Source: Trichoplax adhaerens (taxonomy: Eukaryota > Animalia > Placozoa). From it: a stretch of DNA of 64,000 nucleotides. Each line of letters opens with the position of its first letter. The first letter of the stretch is position 1. The notes under the pieces are model-generated. The model worked only from the letters and a program-made list of their open reading frames with translations, was not told where the DNA came from and ran no database searches. The DNA is taken from NCBI RefSeq assembly GCF_000150275.1, contig NW_002060944.1, forward strand, positions 4,468,123 to 4,532,122, given 5' to 3'. Shown in pieces: positions 16,031 to 29,200 of the stretch. The position numbers were made by a program, and so were the translations under genes.

Positions 16031-17001
16031 AATTACCGAGATATTACCATACACAAAAATAGATTATTTATTTATCAGTAAAACAATAATATGTATACCT
16101 TGAAAGACAAATACAATCTATTTAATTAAATTATGATCTAAACAGTAAAGGATATTATTGACTTTCTCTGCAGTAAGCGCTACAATACCTGCTTTCGAGA
16201 GTCTTCCAAGTAGTGCATATACATTGATAATCTTGATATTGTTTCAATTATTGTAGCTGGCGCCTAACAATATTGTTATTATTGTAAATAAATAACTGCA
16301 TTTACACATACATTTAAATAGTTTTACGTACTATTCTTTCATAAATCGATAGCAGCCTATGCCTATATACTGTACGCTGATATGAAAATACGAGACAGCC
16401 AAACCCTTTCAGCAGACACATGCATTACATTGAATAGATGGAAGAAAAATAGATTTCCATTTATCTAAATATAAAATTTCTTTATTCAATATCAGGAATT
16501 TTACTTTCGGTCATGCATACAAATTAAATATCTCTAGAATTGGTATCTATACACGCATGGATAAGAGCATTCTTCTTTGAATGTTGGAATATTGCTAAGT
16601 ATTGTGATGCACGAGCATATACAATAGTTTAATTGATTTCTTAATTAATTATTGGGAACAGTTGCGACTTGGAGAGAATGTGGGCTGATTTCTTTTGAAC
16701 TGTAGCTTATTAGTAAGCGCTTAAATAGTGGTAATTGAAAGGAAATTGTTACAGTTATTTTAGATCATATAGATTACCATAACGTAGATTAGACATCTAT
16801 TTCACAGTAGTAAGAATGTAGTAATAAATGTTCTTTCCATTAGAATTATATTTTTAAGTCTACAGAGTAAATGGATTTTATTCCTCTTTTGCAGTATTTC
16901 TCAGTTATACAGAATCGATACCATATTTAACAGTTTCTATCTCAAACTTAATCTTTCACCATAGTTTGTAAATTGAAGTCTTAATTAGGTTATGTGGTAA
17001 C

Positions 17002-18987
17002 ATGGTTAAATCACTGCGACGATCTATTTCAATCATTGTATCGGTAATTATTGCATTTACTTTTGAGCAAAATGCTGATGCCCTCCAGATTTTTAACCAA
17101 GCCGTTAATAATTATTGCACAGAAAGTAACTCCGCAACAGACTGTCCTAGTAATATACCAGTTCAAGTCGGTTCAATTCGTTCAGATAAATCGATTCTCA
17201 ATATAGACTATTTTGATCTCAATTTATGTCTTGTACAATCATCCTATTTACCAGTTAAAAGCGTCGGTCAGGGATTACTAGCGCACTTTTATCATCGGCC
17301 ATCATTTAATATCTCATTTGGATTGAATCAAAGAAATGTTCAAATATGTAATGTAACGTACAATCACAATAACTCAATCAGCAAGAAAAAATTTGATAAA
17401 TTATTATATGCCATCCGGAATAACTATATGTTATACTGGTCAATCGATGATATGCCGCTTCGTTGGTGCTATCCTGTTATAGCTGGAAATAAGAGATTTT
17501 GTACCGATGGTTTTCCTATTGGATGTCATATCGATAAGCGAGGAAAAATGACCACGGGTTGCTATTTACTTGATTTACCTTCATTAAATGATGTATATGT
17601 TATTTTTAATCATTTAGATATAGAGATATCATATACAACTAATTATATGTCCGAACGTTCAATGTTAATTGCAGCTGTGGTCCGACCACGTAGTCAAACT
17701 AATAATATTAGAAAAACAAATACCGTTATTTCTCCAATTCTATCAAGAGATAGTAGCAAGAGAAATTCAATCGTGAGTTGGTCGTATACTTATTCAATTA
17801 GCTATAAGCGCATAATATCAAATAGGATAACGCGACGAGATTTTTTCGCCAGCTACAGCCCGTATTCTTTTAGGCAGTGTAGTAGCCTATTTAATATCTT
17901 ATTAATTGTTACATTTCTGACACTTATGATTGTTAGAATATTTTACTATTCTTTTGGTAGAAGCGATGCAATGATTTCATCAGTAAGAAGCAATCAAATT
18001 ATGCTAAAGCATGGATGGAGAGCAATTCGTGGCGATGTATTTAGATCTCCAAAATATTCCTTGTTATTATCTGTTTTAACTGGTTCAGGTATACAGTGTT
18101 TGCTGGCAACTTTTTATACGCTAGCACTAGCATGGATTGGCTTTATAAGTTTTAGTAATCCTTCAGAATTGCTATCGTCGGCTATTTTATCATATGTTTC
18201 ATCTGCAAGTACTGCTGGCTATATATCCGCAGTTACTTATAAGACTATTGATGGCAAAGATTATATTCTTAGTTTTATTATGACACCAACGTTAATACCT
18301 GGCATTTTCCTTGCTATTCTCTACATACTGAACTCTATATCACTTAGTATGGTTACTCTATCAACCCCACCACAAACATTTATATTATTGCTAATAATGT
18401 GGCTATTGGTATTATGTCCGCTATCTTGTATTGGATCCTACTTCGGTTTTAAACGAGAAGCATTACAGTTACCTGTCAAGCCAAGTAAAACGCCACGACA
18501 AATCCCTGAGTATAAGTTCTATAAATATCCTCTACTTGGTGTTGCTATAGCTGGTGCTTTAATTTTTTCTGTAGTTGTAGTACCGATATCTGTCTTTCTA
18601 GATTGCCTTCAAACACATAATATTAACGAATCTTACGGCTATTCTATTCTCTATTTTATTCTAACAATATTGTTATGCATTCAGATATCAGTTTATTTAT
18701 GTCATTTATATTTATGTGCTGAAAATTATCACTGGTGGTGGAGGGCATTTCTAGCTGGTGGATCAGTCGCTATATTTGTTTTATTATATAGTTGTTATTT
18801 TTATCTTACTAGAATATCGTATAGTTCTAATGCCTATAGTATGACATATTTCATAGTCTACTTTGGCTATTGTACCGTCTTAGCAATCTATTTTAGCCTA
18901 ATGACAGGTAGTATTACTTTCATTGCTGCCTTTATATATGCCAAGTTTGTTTATCAATACGCCAATATGGATATCATTCAAGTCTGA
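17002..18987 (+). CDS. Transmembrane 9 superfamily (nonaspanin) member, divergent TM9SF2-like, intronless CDS
   Basis: 661-aa ORF with a signal peptide, luminal WSIDDMPLRWCY...FCTDGFPIGC, GWRAIRGDVFRSP, PRQIP, CAENYHWWWRAF and multiple C-terminal hydrophobic segments. Confidence 0.92.
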   Translation: MVKSLRRSISIIVSVIIAFTFEQNADALQIFNQAVNNYCTESNSATDCPSNIPVQVGSIRSDKSILNIDYFDLNLCLVQSSYLPVKSVGQGLLAHFYHRPSFNISFGLNQRNVQICNVTYNHNNSISKKKFDKLLYAIRNNYMLYWSIDDMPLRWCYPVIAGNKRFCTDGFPIGCHIDKRGKMTTGCYLLDLPSLNDVYVIFNHLDIEISYTTNYMSERSMLIAAVVRPRSQTNNIRKTNTVISPILSRDSSKRNSIVSWSYTYSISYKRIISNRITRRDFFASYSPYSFRQCSSLFNILLIVTFLTLMIVRIFYYSFGRSDAMISSVRSNQIMLKHGWRAIRGDVFRSPKYSLLLSVLTGSGIQCLLATFYTLALAWIGFISFSNPSELLSSAILSYVSSASTAGYISAVTYKTIDGKDYILSFIMTPTLIPGIFLAILYILNSISLSMVTLSTPPQTFILLLIMWLLVLCPLSCIGSYFGFKREALQLPVKPSKTPRQIPEYKFYKYPLLGVAIAGALIFSVVVVPISVFLDCLQTHNINESYGYSILYFILTILLCIQISVYLCHLYLCAENYHWWWRAFLAGGSVAIFVLLYSCYFYLTRISYSSNAYSMTYFIVYFGYCTVLAIYFSLMTGSITFIAAFIYAKFVYQYANMDIIQV

Positions 18988-20836
18988 CTTTACAGCATAT
19001 CTTATACGTATGTAATATACGTGTACTGTTAGCTGTGTGCAATGAGAGTTTAATTGCAGGGTTCGCTTAAATGGTATTGTGTGAAAAACTGATTCATACA
19101 GGGTATAGAGCTATTCAAAGTATTAGTTCCAATTATTTGGTTGTTTTATCAACAATATTTCCACTAGAGATAGTTTTACGTACTGTATCTTATGTGGTAG
19201 TATTTGCAATGATTAATATGCTATGTTAAATGTTACTAACGTCAAGTATATAATTTGAAGTATTTTGTAAGTGAGTATAATTATTGATTGAATTATTGAT
19301 AAACTTAAGATTAATCTATGCACATACACGTATCATCAACTGATTTTTAGATATCTAGAAGAGGCGTAGCCATTGTTGACATGATTTATAAATTTGTTGG
19401 GATACGGCGTAGTCCAGTCAAATAAAATACTGTACTACAGAGGTGGTTCTTAACTGATTGCTTGTAGAATCTGCTATAATTGGATAACGGTATGTTTTAA
19501 AATTTTAAATCGTGAAATGCTAACTAGTGCTTTATGAATAAAATTCTTTCCAACGAATGTCTTATTAAATCTTTTACAAGTTACTTGATCGAAAATCGAA
19601 ATTTAATTGATGTACAGTATTATCATAATGCATACATAAAGTAGTGACATTACCCATTATTGTGGTTGAATGATTTTAATTACTGTACGTATAAATAGTA
19701 TGGATGCAATCATTGCCCTAATGCAGTATGAACTTAAATTATCTCTCCTAAGTAGTTTACTTTATTATTATTTTATACACTTTCAGCGGTAGTATGTTTC
19801 AGTTAGGGGCTTTCCTGATATGGGTTCGTTTCAAACGACGTAATTTTCAGGTAGACAGAAGTGATGGCTAAGCCCTTCATACTGTCGCAACTATACTTAT
19901 AATATGATATACGGGCTAATTTAAATGTCAGTTCCATTTTGAGCTATTCGAACTTCGATTGGTAGCGTTATTAAGGCCTTTATAACCCTTTTATATGAGT
20001 ATATCTCCCGGAGTGTCTACTTAGGGATCATTATACTCTGCGTCAAAAAGAAGCAAAAATTTGAAAACTAAAACTTTCAATATATTTAAATTTTTGATAA
20101 TAAGAAAGCTTGTAGTATAAATCAAAAATGTAGTTTGTATATAAACGAAAGGAGAACAAAGTTACTTAATCTATATCCAGTATTATAATCAATAGTTGAA
20201 TGTACGTAAATATGCATCATCGATGACTACATATTTGATTAAATGTATATAAATGTAAAATTTTTGTATTTTTAGCTAAGTACATCAGGTATATTTACGC
20301 TTTATGAACGATATTTATACATGAAACATTTGCAAAATGCTATCTATTACTTGTACATATGTAACTTGTTAACCGCAGCGATAAATAACATGATAAATAG
20401 ATAACCGTATTAGTTTTATATTTATTACTAAAAGGTACTGTATAGGCATATAAGAATCAAATATTTAAAACAAACACGGTTTGAGGTGATGTATCGGTAA
20501 TATAAAATTGTCATAAATGTATCGATCTACACTTGCAACGTTACTAAGCTTGAGCTGATATACGTGATTATCGACCGAGATATTTTTATTTGGTTATACA
20601 TAGGACGAATAACATTGATATCACGTCTAACATACATGCTAATTGTGAGTACAAGCATATGCCGTCTTTCAGTAAAATAAACGTGCAGGATGACAGCAAA
20701 TATTTATAGAATGAAAGTATATAATCCAGTTGAGTTATCTGGTTATATGATAACATATTCACAAGGTAGAGTTGTTACACTTATTGCAAGCAAGGATAAT
20801 AGTCTATTGTATATGGAGTAAAAAGGATCTTGAGAA

Positions 20837-23221
20837 TTAGTCTTCAATCCTATCGCAACGCAAAATGTACCTTTTATGGAATAAAAAGATTGATAGAGAT
20901 TTTAGCCAAGTAGAATTCTTAATAACAATAATCATGATTAGCTTACCCTTTGCTCTTAATTATACCGCGATGCTTAATGAGAGCAGTATATCTTGCAACC
21001 CAAATAGGTTGCCAATTGTCATTCTCGGAAGAAAAATAGTTGTTTAAAGTTGTTTTTACGTAATCGGCATCTAGAATATCTATAAATCAGATTAGCGTTA
21101 TACATAAAGATTGCACAAATAAATAATATCGGTGCAGTATGTCGATGCATGACGCACCTCTAAGATCGGCATGAGTTAAAAGACGCACATTGTTTTCTTT
21201 TGCATATAATACTAATTCCTGTAAAATAATTATGTAATAAGTAGTACGGAAGAAAAGTATGTTACATTAATAAGCTAATCCTTTAATTTACCGGTGGTAT
21301 TACGCAGCAGGTTGAGAGATTAACTGAATTTGTAGCTGGCTTAATCTAAAAAAATTAACAAAAATGAAAAGATGTAGGCACTACAATCGCAGATATTAAC
21401 ATATGTTCGTACAAATGGCGGTACTGCATATTTAGTTTTAGATATGATACAGTTAGGTTAATAAAATTTTGGCATATAGTGATCGTCAGATAGCATCATT
21501 CACTGTACCTTGGACCAATCATGCAACTGTGATAGTTGATTCAAATCGAAATCACATATCCCAATCTCTTGAATATGTCCATTATCGACAAATTGTTCCA
21601 TCATCTATATACGTATTACATATAATTATTATAGATCCATATATCAAGACAATATGATAACAGGCATTCTTTTAGCGTAAAGTTCTGTTATTGTCTCTGA
21701 TATGTAAATCATTATTTTACCTGCCATATATCTTGAACGTCACTGCTGAAATCTGTAACGGATGGTGGCAGAGATAATGTCGCGTTATCCACCTTGGTAA
21801 TACCAAGTTCCTGGATTACTACCGATATATGAGAGAGCGGGTTAGAGAAAGATCAAATGTTGTAATGGTAATGGTAATTTCACTCGATATTTAGGGGATG
21901 AGTAACATAAGTTTGAGTCATGCGATAATTTACAATTTAATCATCGCATTTATATAGTATTTACTGAAGAATTGATAAAATCATTTAGCGGCTAGTTGAA
22001 TTGTTTGTATTTATTCAGAAAGGGAATGAAATGAAGTACACCAACTAGAGAAGTATTAAAATTGTGACTTCACCTTGTTCGAGGGCGTCTTTTACATCAA
22101 AAGATTTTCCACTTAAAGCAAATATTTTAGCTAAACAAGAGAGGATAAGAATTTGAGCTATTTTGTTTAATGAAGTTTGTTGTAATAACAAGGGTATCAT
22201 AGAATTAAGATATTTATTAATATTTGTACATTTATATTAACATTAAAAGTAGTAAGTAAGCCTTACCGGAAATCTCGAAGTCATTGAGACTATCGCTACT
22301 AATTTTAGATGGAAATTGTTCATGCCGGCAAGTCAGAATCTCTTGATCCTAAATATCAGGCAATATGTTGAGACATTTGCATAAACTAGCAATGATATGA
22401 TCTTCAGTTACAGTCATCAACTGATGACGTAATATGCAGAGAGATAATTTGCCTGCAAGCTATACATTACCATACAACATGTTTTCTCTAGGTGTTATCG
22501 ACTACTATGTTAATAGATAGAGTAAGTACAGTAGTAATCTTTTCGTTTATCACAAAATAATTTCATTGCTTTATCTCGTACTTTATGTACAGATTGCTAT
22601 TACGATAGGCTTTAAAGCATGTTTTTAAGTTTCTCTTTATTTCGCTCATTCTACGTGAACGCTGCAACAGAAAGGGTGATCTGTATTTGTCTTGTATTGT
22701 ATGATATAATGCACTACTATTTACTAGCACATTGAGATCAATTTTTTGATACAGTATGTTCAATATCCAGTAGTGAGATGATATTTGATTAGTATAAATA
22801 AGTCTATGTTCGAAAACATAGATATACCTTTAAAGATTGGATATCGACCGATTCCTTCCAAGCAGTTAGAGTACCATCGACGCATTTCTGAAGCTGTAAA
22901 CCACAGAAGAAAGAAATTATTCAATTTTGAATAGACCTATTTCATGATTGAAAGAATTAATACAATTATTTTCAATCCATCGCTGCCACCGGTTTATAAT
23001 ACTGTCAACACTAAACAGTGATGGCAGTTTATTGGATTGGAAGCTCGATCGATATAACAAGTATTGGATAAGGTGATTGTTGCATATTGACAGATTTGAA
23101 GCAATGGCTGAATTAGATTAACCTCGCTTTTGGAAGACTGACTAAATTTTCCTTTTAGTCTGTTCCATTCGGTTAAATTTCCAGTGTTGATGTATAATTT
23201 TTGCGTTGCTTGACTGACCAT
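20837..23221 (-). CDS. GCLM: Glutamate-cysteine ligase modifier subunit (multi-exon)
   Basis: Spliced exons give MVSQATQKLYINTGNLTEWNRLK, SAKIF, IGICDFDLNQLSQLHDWSK, IKPATNSVNLSTCCVIPP, ELVLYAKENNVRLLTHAD and WVARYTALIKHRGIIKSKGYILR, matching GCLM family motifs. Confidence 0.93.
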
Positions 23222-23669
23222 AGCTCAATTTAGGTGGAATCGCCTACAGAAGAGATCGAAGCGATTGAAGATTATTTTGATTGCCGATAATAGTCATTGA
23301 AGATCGTATTTTACATCAACGTATAAAGAGCATGGATATTATCCATTAACGGAATGGATGATTGATATCGATGACTATGTTACCGCCATAGAAAATGTGA
23401 AATTGATACATTCATTTATGAATTCATTGAATACTCGTATGACAACAAAATCAATTAGGACATTAATCCATCGTTGCAAGCTCGAGTTGCCCAAGTATCG
23501 TGCTCGTATTATCAAACAAAATCACGAAGTAAAGTCAGCAGCAGTTCTCGCTGGTTTAAAGATGAGCAAAAGTTTGCAACAAACCAAGTTATTCACACGG
23601 TGAATTACTGTCTAAGAATGACGATTGCATGTATATTTATATATGGATAGAAATGGAGATTGAGCTCAC

Positions 23670-23770
23670 CTTGGCGTAGGGTTTGGCAAGTTGGAACTTC
23701 TTCAGAATAGACTAACCGGTAAGCCTTTTGCTTCGACACTTTATACTGACCATCTCTAGACCACACTCCC
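23670..23770 (-). promoter_or_regulatory. Putative 5'UTR exon of GCLM carrying a 13-codon uORF (23753-23712, MVSIKCRSKRLTG*)
   Basis: Strong donor AAG|GTGAGC at 23669 and acceptor TCTGTAG at 23244, just before the GCLM ATG. An ATG...TAG ORF lies within the exon. The exon's 5' end is approximate. Confidence 0.55.
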
Positions 23771-23970
23771 GTCCTGCGCTGAGACTGCGTACTGTACAGT
23801 GTACAGTACCTAGATTCGGCTGCAAAATTGTATCGTCATGCTGGCGGCAAGGCTATACGATTGTAACAAAGATCGGCTGAAGGAGAAGAAAAGTGCTGCG
23901 TGTGCTACAGTACCAAGAGTTGCAGCAGCACTGTACACTGTAAGAAGGAATCATCCTACTGTAACATTAC

Positions 23971-24832
23971 GAGTCGGTAGAGACATCATGGACTGCCAAG
24001 AAACTTCCTTTTTTTTAGTCCCTAGGGACCACTAAAGAGAGAAAATTACTAATTCATTCATTATTGCAGTGTATGTATATGTATATAGATTAGCAGTCGG
24101 TAGAGGCATCATGGACTACCAAGAAACTTTCTTTTTTTAGTCCCTAGGGACCACTCTAAAGAGAGAAAATTACTAATTCATTCATTATTGCAGTGTGTAT
24201 GTATATGTATACAGATTAGCAGTCGGTAGAAGCATTATGGACTGCCAAGAAACTTTCTTTTTTTTAGTCCCTAGGGACCACTCTTTAAAGAGAGAAAATT
24301 ACTTATTCATTCATTATTGCTGTGTATGTATATGTATATAGATTAGCAGTCGGTAGAGACATCATGAACTACCAAGAAACTTTCTTTTTTAGTCCCTAGG
24401 GACCACTAAAGAGAGAAAATTACTAATTCATTCATTATTGCAGTGTATGTGTATGTATACAGATTAGGAGACGCTAGAGACATTATGAACTACCAAGAAA
24501 CTTTCTTTTTTTAGTCCCTAGGGACCACTAAAGAGAGAAAATTACTAATTCATTCATTATTGCAGTGTATGTATATGTATTACAGATTAGGAGTCGGTAG
24601 AGGCATTATGGACTACCAAGAAACTTTCTTTTTTTAGTCCCTAGGGACCACTAAAGAGAGAAAATTACTAATTCATTCATTATTGCAGTGTATATACTGT
24701 ATATGTATATAGATTAGGAGTCGGTAGAGACATCATGAACTACCAAGAAACTTTCTTTTTTAGTCCCTAGGGACCACTAAAGAGAGAAAATTACTAATTC
24801 ATCCATTATTGCAGTGTACTGTATGTATATAC
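23971..24832. repeat. Tandem array B: 7 copies of a ~121-127 bp unit containing the palindrome GTCCCTAGGGAC
   Basis: The anchor GTCGGTAG recurs at 23973, 24096, 24222, 24349, 24470 (variant), 24593 and 24720. Confidence 0.97.
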
Positions 24833-24954
24833 ATTGTAAATTGAATAGAATTCCTCCACGTCCATTTCACGTGAAATTCTCTATAGTCAATCATAATGAG
24901 AGGAGGAAAGAAAAGAAAAAGGCGATGTAATGAAGGGGGATCCTAGCTAAGACA

Positions 24955-25525
24955 TACAGTATGTAAAAAGTTTTTAAAAATTCAAAAACCATAATAACCC
25001 CTATGGTAACTCCAACCATCCACTGTCGCCATAAGACATTGAGACCCTGGAGAATAAACAGTGACCGTAATCATAGTACAGTACAGTATGTAAAAACATT
25101 TCTAAATTCTAAAAGCATAATAACTCCCATAGTAATTCTAACCATCAACTGTCGCCATTAGACATGGAGACCCTAGGGTGTAAAACAGTGACAGTAATCA
25201 TAGTCCAGTGCAGTATTGTAGTGATTTCAGCTAATTACAGTAGTTTAGAGCTAATAACCCGTACACTACAAGTATGTAAAAACATTTTTAAAATTCCAAA
25301 ACCATAATAACTCCTATAGTAACTCTAACCATCAACTGTCGCCATTAGACATTGAGATCCTAGAGAACAAACCAGTGACAGTAGTCCTTCTGTACAGTAT
25401 GTAAACCAATTTTCAAAATTCGAAAGCCATAACAACCCTTATAGTAACTCTAATTATGAACTGTCGTCATTAGATATTTAGACGCTAGAGAATAAAACAG
25501 TGACAGTAATCATAGTACTGTACTC
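24955..25525. repeat. Tandem array C: 4 more diverged copies of a ~127 bp unit (one with a ~60 bp insert)
   Basis: Units TACAGTATGTAAAAA...ACTGTCGCCAT(T/A)AGACAT...AACAGTGAC start near 24955, 25082, 25267 and 25393. Confidence 0.9.
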
Positions 25526-25533
25526 TGTACAGC

Positions 25534-25598
25534 ATAATATCATGGTCATGGGCTGCTAAATTCACCGCTGAATTTAGTAGGCCATGACAGTATATTAT
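25534..25598. other. Long hairpin / inverted repeat
   Basis: GTCATGGGCTGCTAAATTCA-CCGC-TGAATTTAGTAGGCCATGAC has 18/20 Watson-Crick pairs. It is extended by an outer ATAATAT/ATATTAT pair. Confidence 0.8.
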
Positions 25599-26232
25599 TT
25601 GCTCTACTAAAAAAGAAATAATGTCTGTCTGCTTCAGTGGTTTACAGACAAATGCGCAAGCTTGTCATTATTTTACTCTATTCTATTCTACGTACTCTAT
25701 CGCTCAAATCACATCACGGACAGTACGAAATTAATTCGACAGCGAATACAGTAGGCTTTCTCATTTTGAGCATCTCTTCTTTCTTGAATAATCTCTATTT
25801 CCAGTCTACTGATCATCCATTTCCTGTCCCTCTCTCTTTTTACTATATTAAAAGATGTTTTTACTACGAAGAAAGATGATATGAACAAGTAGCGTGCAAA
25901 ATAATTGTCAGCAATGGGGAGCGATGAAGAACCATAGTACTGTACTGTATAGCGTACAGTACAGTACACTCTACACTACAGTACAGGACATTACAAGAAA
26001 GGCTTCTAACTAGTGTGCAAAACAATTGTCATCAATCACCAGCGATAAAGAACTACAGTACAAGAAGGGCCTCTTCTGTACAGTAGAATCTACAGTACAG
26101 TAGTAGCCACATTATACTGTACACTGTAGCAGAATAAAAGGCAGAAACTGAGGTGGTTTCCATCCAGAGTTAAAGCCGGATAGGATAGAGCTAGATGCTT
26201 CTTCATTTTGTTAATCACCACTGTTAAAGCTA

Positions 26233-29200
26233 ATGTGGAGAAATTATATCTGTCGTATTAGCCGATCCTCGGTATCCAACTGTATGCTTGCATATCGCAA
26301 GATTACAACTCCAGGCATAAGATGCTGCAGCAGTTTAGGTCGGTAGGACAATCTTGCATCTTACTTAATACTACCTGTAATTTTGCACAATATTTCGCAG
26401 TCAAATATTCGAGTGTAGCACGGTAAAAGGATATAGTAATATCAAATTTTCCTAAATACTTTAATGCTTTTAATATACGTATATATAGGTATAGTGAGAC
26501 TTCATGCACACTATACACTAGTACTCAACTCGATCACCTTCAATGGAGACTAAAAAGATGCATTTCCAGATGTTGTACTGTACGATACTATACGAGTATC
26601 CATGTGCTACACTTAGGATCAAGATCTGCAGATGTCATGGCATTTCATTTATGGCTGTCAATACTAACATTGTGCTCACATTATCGGACTATTTACAGCC
26701 AAATATTGCTCTAGAAGTCATACATGTGGTCAGTTACGCAAAGAAGATGCAGGACAGGAAGTAAAATTATACGGATGGGTTCGCCATATTAGGTATGGAT
26801 GAATACTTCCAATCAGCAATAAATTCACAATGACTGATCAATGACACTCATGAACTGCTGAAATGATACTTATTAAAATTCAATCTACGCTTTCTGATAG
26901 CCTATAAATTCCATTTAACGCTGCTACTTATATTTCTTGTACCATGAATAAAGTCTTAATCTGTTAGTGAGTGTATACAATTATAATTGAACGATATACA
27001 AGTATGATGAACAAATGAATTAAGAATGACAGTATTTCAAACCTGTATACAAGTAGCATACAGGATGACCGTAGCACAATTATTCAGCAGTTGAGCAGTT
27101 ACATCTTCAAGCCTAAATAGCCCAATAAGAATGCATAAATTGACTTATGATAATACTCGTATGGAGGTAGCGTAATGGGATGGTTAATGTACTCGTACAC
27201 ATATTTCCCCAAAATAGAAGATCAATAACTTATTGAACAATGTTTATTTTGTACTTACAAGCAGATTGCACACTGTGATACTAAGAATTAATTCAAGTTT
27301 TAGTTGTTGAAGCTGAATTAAAATCGTTTCTCAAAATTGGATATTATATCGTGTATGGCAATATTTATAGGCGATTTGTCAATGGTCCATTCTTTTTAAC
27401 TTTGCATGACGCTTATGGCAGCACTCAGCTCTTCGTCAAGGTATTTAGAATGATTTACGTCAATTATGCTAATTATCGACATGGTTATAACTGAGCGTCT
27501 TTGCGTATCTTTTCGAATAGTAATTCTAATTACAGCTAATCAGTATATTGATTTGTATATTAGCATGCAGTCTTGAGCTATCTGCTATATTAACGTAGCA
27601 TTTAAATACTTACAATTATTTCAGTTGCATAAAAATGCATAATCAATCTATAAATAAAATATAATTGCATAAAGAAATTAAAGTGAAACTATCTATTTCA
27701 GAATAGTCTTACCTTAAATACTGTACACTATGCAACTGGGTGATATTTAGTACTGTAATTTTACGTGGTAATAGTGTGCTGCATTGCAATTATCTACATT
27801 GGCATTTTATCTGATGCTCTTCAAAAACTACGTGTTGCATTTGTAGAAAACTTCCCCAGTTTACAATATACTTGAAAAACTGTCGGTGGAGAGTGTGATT
27901 GGTATCACTGGAACTGTCAATGCAAGACCTGAAAATATGATTAATAAGGTGATAATCAATCAATAGCTATAGTTATTGTACATAGATCAAAATCTATCTC
28001 AATCAACAATTTTAGGATATGCCTACCGGAGAAATTGAAGTAGTTGTTGACAACGTAAATATTGTCAACCAAGCTGAAGAACTACCAATTCAAGTATCCG
28101 ATAAAGGATACAAGGTTTTAACAAATATTTTATTTTCAATCAATTTAGTATTAGCCTACTATTAATCACTGAAAAATTTGCATACATTTCCAATTTTTTA
28201 CCACTAATTTAGCTGATATTGTTATTAGCATTTAACCAGAGAAATGTAAAATTTTTTTATTTTGGTAGGCAAAGGATGAGCTTAAATTACAGTATAGATA
28301 CGTCGACTTACGGTCTTCGAATTTGCAACAGAATTTGAGATTAAGGTCCAATATCGTCATGGCAATGCGAAAATTTCTAATTGATCGAGCAGGTATTATA
28401 GAGAAGCATACAGCAAATGTAGCCAGTGACGCTAGGTGGTCTAATATAATACAGTCGAAAATGTTTAAATTTTTTAAATAAATGTCCTATATTAGGTTTT
28501 GCTGAAGTTGAAACTCCGACATTGTTTAAAAGGACACCAGAAGTAAAACTCTCTGACTATCTTTCTAATTAAACCATACTGGATGACACTCGCAATCGAA
28601 AATGAAGCTTATACTGTACTTTCACTATTACAGGGTGCTAGAGAATTTTTAGTTCCTACCAGGCAGCCTGAATTATTCTATACTTTAGTTCAAAGCCCGC
28701 AACAGGTTAATTCTATTTTCGTTTGTAATTCTATATACAATAAATGAAATGGATTTACTAATTTTAATGCTATCAAGTTAGAATAAATTCTAATGCACTA
28801 TCAAACTTGATCAATAGTTCAAACAACTTCTCATGGTTGGGGGATTAGATCGGTAAGTATTTTATTCTTTGATGCAGTTTAATAAATTTAATTGCATTTA
28901 AAATTCTATTATTATACTGTATTGCATATACACATTTTGATGAGAAACTTTCCATCACGTAGATATTTTCAGTTCGCAAGGTGTTACCGTGATGAGGATT
29001 CTAGAGCTGATAGACAGCCAGAATTTACTCAGGTATACTATATAAAGTCAAACTAACCGTACATGATGTAAAGAAACTAACGAATTATGTTTTCGTAGCT
29101 TGACTTGGAGATGTCATTCGTTAATCAGTATGACATTCAAAGTCTTATTGAAGATATGATTCACGATATTTGGCCCATTACTGGACATAAGCTCTCGACA

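Noticed and set aside
23971-24832. CRISPR-like appearance (regularly spaced palindromic motif), also in the other arrays
   Set aside because: The sequence between palindromes is repeated rather than made of unique spacers. There are no cas genes and the context is eukaryotic.
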